NCBI GenBank assembly: GCA_036387135.1
Contig: DASVUH010000007.1
Coordinates: 2,105-66,104, forward strand
Direction of reading: 5' to 3'
DNA: 64,000 nt
Source: Pyrinomonadaceae bacterium
GTDB taxonomy: Bacteria > Acidobacteriota > Blastocatellia > Pyrinomonadales > Pyrinomonadaceae
Shown: in pieces, positions 9,500 to 18,373 of the stretch
Numbering within the stretch: position 1 is the stretch's first letter
How the letters are laid out: each line of letters starts with the position of its first letter
Position numbers and translations under genes: made by a program
The notes under the pieces: generated by a model
Database searches by the model: none
What the model saw: the letters and a program-made list of their open reading frames with translations, nothing else
What the model was told of the DNA's origin: nothing

Positions 9500-11218
9500 T
9501 TATCTTGCAGCCGCAGCAGTTGGCGCGGGCAATGTCTTGCGCGGCATTTTTTCGTCCATCATCGCGGTTTGATAAACGAAAGCAGCCATAATCGTCGCCG
9601 CTTGTTTCATATCGTCCGCCTGAATCCGGTCGTAAACGTCCTGATTCGAATGATGAGTGCGCGTGTCGTATTCGATTTCGTCTTGAATGAATTGGAAACC
9701 CGGCAAACCGATGGCATCAAACGCGAGATGGTCTGTGCCGCCCGTATTTGACATCGTTAAAGTCGCCGCGCCCATTTCTTTGAACGGTGCGAGCCACGTT
9801 TCAAAAATCGGTCTCACGCTCGCATTTCCCTGCATATAAACGCCGCGAATTTTGCCGGTTCCGTTATCGAGATTGAAATACGCCGACAGGTTTTCGTATT
9901 TCGGCTTTTTCGTCAAAGCTCCCGGAGCACCTTGTCCCGTGCTCTGCATTTCGCCGAAATGCTCTTTAACATAAGCGCGTGAACCGAGAAGCCCTTGTTC
10001 TTCGCCGCTCCAAAGGGCGACGCGAATAGTGCGGCGCGGTTTCAGACCGAGTGTTTGAATAATCCGCGCGGCTTCCATTGCCACCGCGACTCCGGCAGCG
10101 TTGTCTGTCGCGCCCGTGCCGGAATGCCACGAATCCATATGTCCGCCGAGCATTACGATTTCGTCTTTCAATTTCGGGTCTGTTCCCGGAATTTCGGCAA
10201 TCGTGTTGTAGCCCATCAAATCCTGATCCTGATATTGAACGGCAAGCTCTACGGTCATTTTCGGTTTTTCGCCGTGTTTAATCATCCGCACGAGACGATT
10301 GTAATGCTCGCTCGCCATCGTAATTTGCGGAATCATTTTGCCTTCGGCTTCTTTTTGTTGAGGCGAAATTCCGCCGCGACGCTGCATTGCAGCTTGCGGA
10401 TCGGCGGGAATTTCCTGCGCGACCGACGCGCCGGAAACGAAAATCGTGCCGCCGTCGCCCCGCGAGCTGTTGTCAATCATCACGGCTGCGCCTTCCTGCA
10501 CTAAAAGATTCAACCGTTTGAGCGAAAATAATCGCTGCTGCATAAAACGCTGAAGCTGTTCGGGATTTGGAGCGCCTGTGCGCGCCGGTTGGGCTGGCTG
10601 CGGCGCAGCCAGCTTCGCCAAATCTTCGTCCGTGTAACGCCCTCCGAGTCCTTTAAAAGCGGCTTCGAGCGGGCGGGCATCAGAGACGAGAACAATTTTG
10701 CCTCGAAGCTGTCCTTTATATTTTTCGAGCGCCGCGTCGTCCTTGGCATCAAGATAAACGACTTCAGCCGTGACCGCACCGTTTGTTCCCGGCGACCAGG
10801 CTTTCGGGTAGGCGATAACCGGAAACGTTTGCGGCTCGGCGACTTGAGCCGAAAAGCTCTTTAGCGACCAGCCGCGTCCGAACGGTCCGAACGGTTCGAG
10901 ATGCGCGTTTTGCATTCCCCATTTCGCCATCGTGTCGCGCGTCCATTCATTAGCGCGTTTCATCTGCGGCGAATTGGTCAGGCGCGGTCCGATTACGTCT
11001 GTCAAATAACTCAAAGTGTCCATCACTTTCGAGTTTTTCGTTCCTTCGTCTTTGATTTTGGCGAGAACATCGTCCGGCGCGCGGTAAACGGATTTTGCGG
11101 GCGCAGCGGCAGCGCCTCCGCCATTATTAGTCGAGCCGGTTTGCGCGAAAATTGCGTAATTGGGCGCAGCGAGCAATGAGGAAAGCATCACTGCGGCAGC
11201 GATTTTTTGTCTTAACAT
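9500..11218 (-). CDS. M28 family zinc aminopeptidase, secreted
   Basis: M28 metal-binding motifs [17 protein letters not shown] and [16 protein letters not shown]. Signal peptide. Confidence 0.8.
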   Translation of the reverse strand: MLRQKIAAAVMLSSLLAAPNYAIFAQTGSTNNGGGAAAAPAKSVYRAPDDVLAKIKDEGTKNSKVMDTLSYLTDVIGPRLTNSPQMKRANEWTRDTMAKWGMQNAHLEPFGPFGRGWSLKSFSAQVAEPQTFPVIAYPKAWSPGTNGAVTAEVVYLDAKDDAALEKYKGQLRGKIVLVSDARPLEAAFKGLGGRYTDEDLAKLAAPQPAQPARTGAPNPEQLQRFMQQRLFSLKRLNLLVQEGAAVMIDNSSRGDGGTIFVSGASVAQEIPADPQAAMQRRGGISPQQKEAEGKMIPQITMASEHYNRLVRMIKHGEKPKMTVELAVQYQDQDLMGYNTIAEIPGTDPKLKDEIVMLGGHMDSWHSGTGATDNAAGVAVAMEAARIIQTLGLKPRRTIRVALWSGEEQGLLGSRAYVKEHFGEMQSTGQGAPGALTKKPKYENLSAYFNLDNGTGKIRGVYMQGNASVRPIFETWLAPFKEMGAATLTMSNTGGTDHLAFDAIGLPGFQFIQDEIEYDTRTHHSNQDVYDRIQADDMKQAATIMAAFVYQTAMMDEKMPRKTLPAPTAAAAR

Positions 11219-11312
11219 TTTTAGAAGCTCCTAAATTTTATAACAGAATCGAGCTGTGTTTGGTTTAGCTTGAAAGTTGTTGAATTTATACTGCGCGTAT
11301 CAGGGAAAAGTT

Positions 11313-11894
11313 TCAAGTCCGCCAAGTGAAAATATAAGTCGGCGGCAGATTGCGCCAGACAAGTTTGCTGCGATGAGCTTTGCCGTATTTTTTGTTCATC
11401 ATTCGGCGAAACTTTTTGGCGGGCGGTAAAGGTGTCGAGGTGGCGTATTGAATCGTCCGAAACTCGCATCCGCCACGCTGCATAAATTTATCGGCTTCCG
11501 CCAAAACCGCTTCGCTCACATCTTCGGGCAAAGACGCAAACGGCAAACCGGAAATAATATATTTCACCGCGCCTAAACCCGATTTTTGATGAATTTCCGA
11601 AGCACGGCTCGCGTCATCGCAAACGATGTTCAGATGCGGAAATTTTTCATGCAGAATTTGCGCTAACTCTTCGTTTAGCTCGATTCCAAGATATGCGTCC
11701 GGCGAAGGCAAAATCTTTTCAATCGCTTCGGTAAAAGGTCCGGTGCCGCAGCCCAGCTCCAAAACGATGGCGTTTTCATTCGGCTTAATGCCTTTAACCA
11801 TTCGCTTGGCGGTCGCCGGCGAGCTTGGGAAAACCGAGCCGACGGTTAAAGGATTTTCCAGAAATGCTTTTAAAAATGCTGTTGCTTCGCTCAT
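11313..11894 (-). CDS. Class I SAM-dependent methyltransferase
   Basis: Glycine-rich SAM-binding motif LELGCGTGPFT and an acidic motif-II region. 193 aa. Confidence 0.7.
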   Translation of the reverse strand: MSEATAFLKAFLENPLTVGSVFPSSPATAKRMVKGIKPNENAIVLELGCGTGPFTEAIEKILPSPDAYLGIELNEELAQILHEKFPHLNIVCDDASRASEIHQKSGLGAVKYIISGLPFASLPEDVSEAVLAEADKFMQRGGCEFRTIQYATSTPLPPAKKFRRMMNKKYGKAHRSKLVWRNLPPTYIFTWRT

Positions 11895-12003
11895 TAATAA
11901 AATTCAGACAAATTTAATCACAAAGTCGCGCAAATTCACACATTTTTTTATTCTCTGCGCTTTTAGTTGTGATTATTGCAGTTGCTTTCAGCTAAGATTT
12001 GAT

Positions 12004-14496
12004 TTATAGCAGATTTACCGGGTCAATTTCCAGATTAACCGCGCGTAAATCGCAATTTTTTTCTTCGGCTTCCGCCCAAGCCAAATCCAGAGTCTCGCGC
12101 AGCGCGCGGCGATTTTTCGCTTTTACCAAAATCTGCATCCGAAATTCGTTTTTAAGGCGCGCAAGCGGCGCGGGCGCAACGCCTAAAATGCGACAAGCGT
12201 TTTCCCGATTCGCATTTTCCAGACAAGCGCGCAAAATCTCGCCGGTTTCGAGCGCGTGAACATAATCCGGGTGATGAATCAGCAAAGACGCGAGCGCGGA
12301 AAACGGCGGATAACCGAGTTTTTGGCGAAAAGCACGCTCGGTCTTGTAAAAAGCCGCGTAATCCTGCGCGCAGGCGTGTTTTAAAGCGTAATGCTCCGGG
12401 TAAAAAGTCTGAATCAAAACTCTCCCGGCGCGCTCGCCGCGACCTGCTCGCCCGGCAACTTGCGTGATGAGCTGAAACGTGCGCTCGGCGGCGCGAAAAT
12501 CCGGCAATCCAAGACCTGCGTCAACCGAAACCACGCCGACGAGCGTCACATTCGGAAAATCGTGACCTTTGGCGAGCATCTGCGTCCCGACGAGCATATC
12601 AATTTTGCCTTCAGCGAAATCGTGCAGAGTGTCTTCCAGCAGATGTTTTTTGACGGTCGTGTCGCGGTCAACGCGCGCGATTCGCAAATCGGAAAATTTG
12701 CGGCGCAGACGGTCTTCGATTTGTTCCGTGCCTTCGCCCAGGAAATTAATATATTTGCTTTGACAAGCCGGACAAACGCGCGGCGTCTTTTGGCGAAAAT
12801 TGCAGTAATGACAAACCAGCGCGTTTTCTTTGCGGTGAAACGTAAGCGTCACGTCGCAATTCGGACAGCGCACGGTTTCGCCGCACGCGCGACACAAAAC
12901 AAATTGCGAATAGCCGCGCCGATTGAGCAAAACAATTGATTGCTCGCCGCGCTCGTGCGTTTCTTCGATTGCGGCGAGCAGCAGGGGCGATAGCGTTTCA
13001 TCTTTGCCCGTCGCTTTAAAAACCTCGCGCATATCTACGATTTCCGCTTCAGCCATCGGACGATTGCCAATTCGCGCGGGCAGCGTGAGGCGGCGATATT
13101 TTTCGCGTTCGGCGTTATAAAACGATTCGAGCGCCGGAGTTGCCGAACCCAAAATCACGACCGCCTTTGCAAAATTGGCGCGGACGACCGCAACATCTCG
13201 GGCGTGATAAAACGGCGATTCCTGCTGGCGATAAGAACCGTCGTGTTCTTCGTCAACAACGACGACGCCCAGATTTTCAAGCGGCGCGAAAACCGCCGAG
13301 CGCGTCCCGATAACGACTCGCGCCTCGCCCGCTTTGATTCTGCGCCATTCGTCGAAACGCTCGCCGACCGAAAGCGACGAATGCAAAATCGCCACCGCTT
13401 CGCCGAAAATCACGCGCAAGCGGCGCGAAAAAACCGGCGTCAAAGCGATTTCCGGGACGAGCATCAACGAGGTTTTTCCTTGCTGCAAGGCAAACTGCAT
13501 CGCGCGAATATAAATTTCGGTTTTGCCGCTGCCCGTGACGCCGTGCAGCAGAAACGCTCGATACTCATTTTCCGAAGCGGCGTGAATAATTTCCGACAAA
13601 ACTGCGGATTGTTCCGCAGTCAAAACCAAATCGTTTTTCCTGGGCAATTTGGCGTGCGCGAGCGGATCGCGGCGAACTTCGCGGACGAAGGTTTCGACGA
13701 CGCCGCGTTTTTCGAGCGTGTTGATTGCCGAAGCCGAAACTTCGGCGGCTTCGAGCAATTCAGCGAAACCGAATTCGCCTTCATTTTCAAGTAAAAACTC
13801 GATTACTCGATTTTGCCCTTCGGTTAGTTTTTTAGCGGCGTTGCCGTTTTCACTGTGGTTTTCGGGTGGAAGCAGCCGCACGGCTTTGCGGCGTTTTGGT
13901 TTCGCCTGTGTCGTCAAAACGCGGTGAAAAGATTTAATCCAATTTTTCGCTTCGAGTTCGCGGATGTTTCTTTTCGCCGCCGTTTCGCCAAAACTTTTTC
14001 CCAGCTCGCGCAGCGAAACTTCACCTTTTTCGGCAACAAGGCGCAAAATCTGAGCTTTTGCAGTTTTTAATTGTTTTTCCGAGAGCCGCAAAATCTCGTC
14101 TTTGCCAAACGGCGTCGGCTGGCAGATTTGCTCAATCGTCGCGTTGACTCCGGCGGGCAGCGCGGCTTTGATGATTTCGCCCCACGAACAACTGTAATAA
14201 TCGGCAATCCACGCCGTTAATTTTAAAATCTCCGGCGTCACAAGCGGTTCGGCGTCAACCAATTCGAGCGCGTCCTTGATTTCCGTTTCGTCAATTTCAA
14301 TTCCGCCATCCAATTCAGCGTGCAGCGCGACCGCGTAAGCCGTAATTTGTTTGTTGCGAAACGGTACGATCAAGCGCGCTCCGGCGTGCGTTCGCCCGCG
14401 CAGATTTTCCGGCAAACGATACGTAAAAGTCCGCCGCACCGGAAAAGGCACGGCGACTTCGGCATAAATCGGGCGATTGATGATTGATTCGGACAT
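12004..14496 (-). CDS. priA: Primosomal protein N-prime (replication restart helicase PriA)
   Basis: 830 aa. Walker A GVTGSGKTE and DEAD-like VVVVDEEHD. Cys-rich zinc-binding insert CRACGETVRCPNCDVTLTFH..CHYCNF..CPACQS typical of PriA. Confidence 0.9.
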   Translation of the reverse strand: MSESIINRPIYAEVAVPFPVRRTFTYRLPENLRGRTHAGARLIVPFRNKQITAYAVALHAELDGGIEIDETEIKDALELVDAEPLVTPEILKLTAWIADYYSCSWGEIIKAALPAGVNATIEQICQPTPFGKDEILRLSEKQLKTAKAQILRLVAEKGEVSLRELGKSFGETAAKRNIRELEAKNWIKSFHRVLTTQAKPKRRKAVRLLPPENHSENGNAAKKLTEGQNRVIEFLLENEGEFGFAELLEAAEVSASAINTLEKRGVVETFVREVRRDPLAHAKLPRKNDLVLTAEQSAVLSEIIHAASENEYRAFLLHGVTGSGKTEIYIRAMQFALQQGKTSLMLVPEIALTPVFSRRLRVIFGEAVAILHSSLSVGERFDEWRRIKAGEARVVIGTRSAVFAPLENLGVVVVDEEHDGSYRQQESPFYHARDVAVVRANFAKAVVILGSATPALESFYNAEREKYRRLTLPARIGNRPMAEAEIVDMREVFKATGKDETLSPLLLAAIEETHERGEQSIVLLNRRGYSQFVLCRACGETVRCPNCDVTLTFHRKENALVCHYCNFRQKTPRVCPACQSKYINFLGEGTEQIEDRLRRKFSDLRIARVDRDTTVKKHLLEDTLHDFAEGKIDMLVGTQMLAKGHDFPNVTLVGVVSVDAGLGLPDFRAAERTFQLITQVAGRAGRGERAGRVLIQTFYPEHYALKHACAQDYAAFYKTERAFRQKLGYPPFSALASLLIHHPDYVHALETGEILRACLENANRENACRILGVAPAPLARLKNEFRMQILVKAKNRRALRETLDLAWAEAEEKNCDLRAVNLEIDPVNLL

Positions 14497-14640
14497 CGGC
14501 GGCGCGAAAAAACAAGATTAGCCCAAGCTGACAAACTCGGCAAGCCGCAGCCGGATTTGAAGTTTGCCGAAATGAATTGCTGAATTTTTGAAGGAGAAGT
14601 AAAGATTACTAGGATTTATGGTACAATTAAAGGAACGGAC

Positions 14641-14662
14641 AAAAAACGGCTTTCATGAAGCC
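14641..14662 (-). terminator. Hairpin plus U-run terminator immediately 3-prime of the tRNA-like fragment (minus strand)
   Basis: ggctttcatgaagcc palindrome at 14648-14662. A6 at 14641-14646 gives U6 on the minus strand. Confidence 0.4.
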
Positions 14663-14683
14663 ATTTAAATCGTTGATTAGATT

Positions 14684-14712
14684 GGTGGAGCAGAGGAATC
14701 GAACCTCTGAGC
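14684..14712 (-). other. tRNA-like 3-prime fragment (T-arm, acceptor 3-prime strand and encoded CCA) with no complete cloverleaf. Possible relic integration site or degenerate tRNA.
   Basis: Minus-strand reading CUCAGAGGUUCGAUUCCUCUGCUCCACCA. The T-stem AGAGG/CCUCU flanks a UUCGAUU loop. The 3-prime end matches tRNA-Ala/tmRNA-type GCUCCACCA. A D-arm, anticodon arm and complementary 5-prime acceptor strand could not be fitted. Confidence 0.35.
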
Positions 14713-14907
14713 ATCCCATTGTAAATGAGCGAACAGCGTCTTAGTTTCACCGCCAAACACCGTCACCGCTCGTCATTCCCGGCGATTCTTGGCGGTAATG
14801 GGTCGAACAAACCTGCAAACCACGACAAATGAGCAGCGGCGTAAAGGACGCATTATGTTCTCGCCGCTTCAATACCGAAAGTTACAACTTTCAACAAGAG
14901 TTTAAGT

Positions 14908-15900
14908 ATGACAAAGAAAAACATTCTTTCTGGGTTCCTAGCAATTCTGTGCTTCTTGGCGAGCAATGTGCTTGCCAACGCACAAGAAAAAACTTTAGCC
15001 GCTCAAGCTGCGATTGAAGAAGTCGCAGTTTTCCAGAAATACACGAAAACACTCGCCCTGCCAGAGCGTGACCGGCGCGCGGCGTTTTCTTAAAGCGACG
15101 CGCGAGACAAAGCCGCACTCTGGCGTTTGAATCTTGCCTTATCGCTGGTAGACCGCCAAGATTTGACACTACCGCAGCAAATGGTCGTTGCCGACACAAT
15201 CGCCGCGATCACGCCCGAATCATATAGCAATCCAGACCGTGAAAGCGTCCAGAGAAAAGCAAACGCCAAAATCGAGGCAGCCGCCGCATCCGGCTTTACA
15301 AAGCGGCAAATGGGTGAGATATTTGCAACACTCGCCGCGACGCCGACCAGCTTGCGGACGCTAGAGAATTATCTAGACATCACGCAACTTGTCTGCCCGG
15401 ATAATAAAACTCTCTACCGGACTTTGAGTCTCGACGAAAAAAGCGCACTCTGGCGTTTCCAAGCTGCGCTGTTTCTGGCGACAACGGATTCGCTATCTTC
15501 CGAGCAACGTTCGGCGGTTCTCGAATGGCTCAACTTGATTAGTCCAGAATTGCTCGATAGAGCAGTCAGCGACACGGAATTAGCGAGAAAAGGCAACTTA
15601 ATTAAGGCTGCTGCGTCACGACTTGGTGAGGTTTTCACGCCAGAACAAACGGCGAACATCTCGCTTAAGCTCGGTTTGGTTGCTAATCCAAGAGGAGGTA
15701 GCGCGCGGGCGAATCAGAGAGTAAAAATGATCAAGGCATCCGGCAAAGTAGACTTAAGGGAATGCTCCTGTTCAACTAACAGCGATTGGTGTGCTGTGTG
15801 GGTGTCGCAGCAGTATTGCCATAGCGGTAACTGTACTGGGCTGCCGGACGGCTGTGGCAATCTCGGTTTTTATAGTTGCAACGGTAGTTGCAGTTACTGA
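14908..15900 (+). pseudogene. Secreted protein gene interrupted by an in-frame TAA at 15091-15093. N-terminal signal peptide, two internal ~50-aa repeats (..ALWR[LF]..AL.LA..D..) and a C-terminal Cys-rich module (10 Cys in 47 aa).
   Basis: ORFs 14908..15093 and 15127..15900 share one reading frame. Codons immediately after the stop (SDARDKAALWRLNLALSLVD) are homologous to an internal repeat (LDEKSALWRFQAALFLATTD), so the stop lies inside coding sequence. Confidence 0.45.
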
Positions 15901-15912
15901 CGAAAGGTTGGT

Positions 15913-16341
15913 TTGGTTATGTACTTAACAAGGAAAGAGAATCGAGAACTTGATTTTTGGATAGAACAGCCGAAAGGTTTGCCGTTCGCCGCTTGTCTGG
16001 CGGGCGGCGTTGCGGGCGGTTTGCTCATTCTGGTTACTGTCCTGTCAACTTTTGGGGGCTTGATGCTCTTTCCTTTTGTTTTTCTCGCGGGTGGTCTCTT
16101 TTGGCTAATGCGGGGAACGCGAATCGGTTATTTTCGCCGATTTTTGACAGGGGTGGCGGCTTTTATGCTGGCTGGAATGATTCTTTATTTTTATCTTCTC
16201 ATCTTTATCAGTCAACTCGGCTTCCAGACGCCGTTGTCGACACACGTCTGGCGAATTGGAATGATGCTCGGAATTGGCATTATCTTCAACGGCGTGATAG
16301 CGCTCGTCCAAGCCGCTTACGAAACTCGCCTTAGGAGATAG
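15913..16341 (+). CDS. Small integral membrane protein with 4 predicted TM helices, function unknown
   Basis: Four long hydrophobic stretches in 142 aa. Starts 13 nt after the Cys-rich protein gene. Confidence 0.5.
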   Translation: MVMYLTRKENRELDFWIEQPKGLPFAACLAGGVAGGLLILVTVLSTFGGLMLFPFVFLAGGLFWLMRGTRIGYFRRFLTGVAAFMLAGMILYFYLLIFISQLGFQTPLSTHVWRIGMMLGIGIIFNGVIALVQAAYETRLRR

Positions 16342-16637
16342 CGGCGGCGTTATCTTTTTCGCTTTTCTTCCTCGAATTTCCGAATAATCTCTTTCATCTG
16401 CGCCGGAGTTGCCGACGAGTTCGGGCTAAATATGTATAATCTATGGCGGTGCGGCGAAGTTGGAGCTATATCCGGCGTAGAAACAGTTTTGTAGTATTCA
16501 CATTCCAAATCTTTAATTGGAACAGGTTCAACCATATATTCGATATAATCGCGTAGGATTATCGTATCTTGCTCATATTCATCAGTAATAACCGCTTACC
16601 GCAAGCTGTTCGCGTAAATTGCCGAGTTTTCCCACCT

Positions 16638-17234
16638 CTAGGATTTTGATTCGGCGAGCGCGTCGCGTACCCGTTTCATATCTTCCCAAACCTCGCGTTT
16701 TTTCGTCGGATCGCGGAGCAAATAAGCCGGATTAAAAGTCGGCATTATTCGAGCAAAACCGCCGTAATCGTGAAACTCGCCGCGCATCTGCGAAATCGTT
16801 TTTTTCGTCTTCAAAAGAGCTTTGGTCGGAGTCGCGCCGAACGAGATAATTATTTTCGGGCGAACAACGGCGAGTTCTCGATGCAGATACGGAATAAAAA
16901 AGTTTAAGATGTCAGGCGTCAACTCGTCTCCGGCGGAAATATATTTGACGGTATTTGTCAGATAACAATCTTCGCGTTTGAGTCCAATCGAATTCAAAAT
17001 TTTAACCAGCATTTCGCCCGCCGGTCCCATAAACGGACGCCCGCTCGCCGCATCCGGCGCGCCCGGCGATTCGCCGACAACCGCCACGCGCAAACCCGCC
17101 GCGCCTTCGCCGAAAATAAACATTCGACTCTGCAATGCCGGAATCGCTTTAGCCTTTTCGAGCAATTCCTGATTCACTTCGTCAAGCGTTTCGGTCGGCT
17201 GCGTTTCTTCATCTGCAAACAAAAAATTTTGCAT
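16638..17234 (-). CDS. Uracil-DNA glycosylase family 4-like paralog lacking the Fe-S cysteine ligands and with Asn replacing the motif-B His
   Basis: Aligns to the neighbouring canonical UDG4 gene: GESPGAPDAASGRPFMGPAGEML versus GEAPGANEDAEGRPFVGRAGQLL, and FNPAYLLRDP versus FHPAYLLRDP. None of the four Cys residues is conserved. Confidence 0.7.
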   Translation of the reverse strand: MQNFLFADEETQPTETLDEVNQELLEKAKAIPALQSRMFIFGEGAAGLRVAVVGESPGAPDAASGRPFMGPAGEMLVKILNSIGLKREDCYLTNTVKYISAGDELTPDILNFFIPYLHRELAVVRPKIIISFGATPTKALLKTKKTISQMRGEFHDYGGFARIMPTFNPAYLLRDPTKKREVWEDMKRVRDALAESKS

Positions 17235-17244
17235 AACAAAAATT

Positions 17245-17344
17245 TGAACCGCTGAGACGCAGAGACGCCGAGTTTAAGAAAAAGAGTTTGAGACAAAAGA
17301 ATAAAAAATCTTTTCCCGGCGTCTCTGCGTCTCGGCGGTGAAAA
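17245..17344. repeat. MITE-like intergenic repeat, copy A. 17-bp terminal inverted repeats gagacgcagagacgccg / cggcgtctctgcgtctc with an A-rich core, ending ctcggcggtgaaaat.
   Basis: Perfect inverted repeats at 17254-17270 and 17318-17334. The 5-prime flank (ttgaaccgcYgagacgca) and 3-prime end (gcgtctcggcggtgaaaat) are shared with copy B at 28744..28866. Confidence 0.75.
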
Positions 17345-18370
17345 TCACTTTTGCGTCCGAGCAAGTTCGTCGCGCACTTTTTTCATATCTTCCCACGTTT
17401 CCCGCTTTTTCGACGGGTCGCGCAAAAGATAAGCCGGGTGAAAAGTCGGCATCACTTTAATGCCGTAATAATCCTGAAATTTACCGCGAATTTTGGTGAT
17501 TCCTTCTTTCGTGTCAAGCAGATTCTGCGTCGCCGTGTTGCCCATTACAACGATGATTTCGGGGCGCGCGATGGAGATTTCGCGCATTAAAAATTGGCGG
17601 CAGGTTCTGGCTTCCTGAATCGTCGGCGTGCGGTTTTGCGGTGGGCGGCACCGGTTGACGTTGCCGATTAAAACTTCCTCGCGTTTTAAACCGATGGCTT
17701 CGATGATTTTGGTCAAAAGCTGTCCGGCGCGCCCGACAAAGGGGCGTCCCTCGGCGTCTTCGTTCGCGCCCGGCGCTTCGCCGACAAAAAGAATGCGCCC
17801 TGTCCAATTGCCTTCCGTGTGGACGATTTTCGTTCTGCCCTGATAAAGCGGGCAGCGCACGCAATCGCCGATGTCGGCGCGGATTTCCTCGACAGTTTCG
17901 TTCGATTCCGGGAGCGTTGCGGATTCCGGCGTCAGATCGCCAAAAAGTGAACCTTCCATTTTTGTTTCCTCTGATTTTTTTGCAAAATTCTGCGGCGGCG
18001 CGACGTTTATTGGCTCTGCAATTTTTTTTAGAATTTCCGGCGCACTTGATTCTTCCTCGCGCGCTGCAACCGACGGCGAGATTTTCGACAATTTTGTCGC
18101 TTCCAATTTATCGCGGAAAGAATTTAAACGAGGCAGCGGCTTTGTTTGGGGCGCAGCAACAGGTTTCGGCGGCGCGGTTTTGTTCACGGGCGGCACATAA
18201 GCCTGAAAAGCGGGCGGCGCGGCTCTTAAAGTCTGAGGCTGTGTTTCTTCCGTTTTTTCCGCGACAAAATCGGTTTCCAATCCTGCAACGCCCAATTCTT
18301 GCGCAAACGCTAAATGCTCGCGCACGTCCGCAAGCAATTCCAAAAAATCTTCGCGCAAACTTTCAGCCAT
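17345..18370 (-). CDS. Uracil-DNA glycosylase family 4 (4Fe-4S type) with a ~170-aa Pro/Ala-rich low-complexity N-terminal extension
   Basis: C-terminal domain carries CVRCPLY, GEAPGANEDAEGRPFVGRAGQLL, NRCRPP..ARTCRQ (four Cys) and FHPAYLLR. Confidence 0.85.
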   Translation of the reverse strand: MAESLREDFLELLADVREHLAFAQELGVAGLETDFVAEKTEETQPQTLRAAPPAFQAYVPPVNKTAPPKPVAAPQTKPLPRLNSFRDKLEATKLSKISPSVAAREEESSAPEILKKIAEPINVAPPQNFAKKSEETKMEGSLFGDLTPESATLPESNETVEEIRADIGDCVRCPLYQGRTKIVHTEGNWTGRILFVGEAPGANEDAEGRPFVGRAGQLLTKIIEAIGLKREEVLIGNVNRCRPPQNRTPTIQEARTCRQFLMREISIARPEIIVVMGNTATQNLLDTKEGITKIRGKFQDYYGIKVMPTFHPAYLLRDPSKKRETWEDMKKVRDELARTQK

Positions 18371-18373
18371 AAA

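Noticed and set aside
14684-14775. Complete tRNA gene (possibly long-variable-arm type) on the minus strand
   Set aside because: Manual folding gives a perfect T-arm but no acceptable acceptor pairing, no GG in the D-loop and a poor anticodon stem for any variable-loop length tried. It needs tRNAscan-SE or Infernal to settle.
14600-15100. tmRNA (ssrA) gene on the minus strand, suggested by the GCUCCACCA 3-prime end
   Set aside because: No complementary 5-prime GGGG[CU]NG strand is present within 450 nt. There is no tag-peptide reading frame ending in ..LAA-like residues. The region overlaps a convincing signal-peptide ORF. Only the tRNA-like 3-prime fragment is reported.
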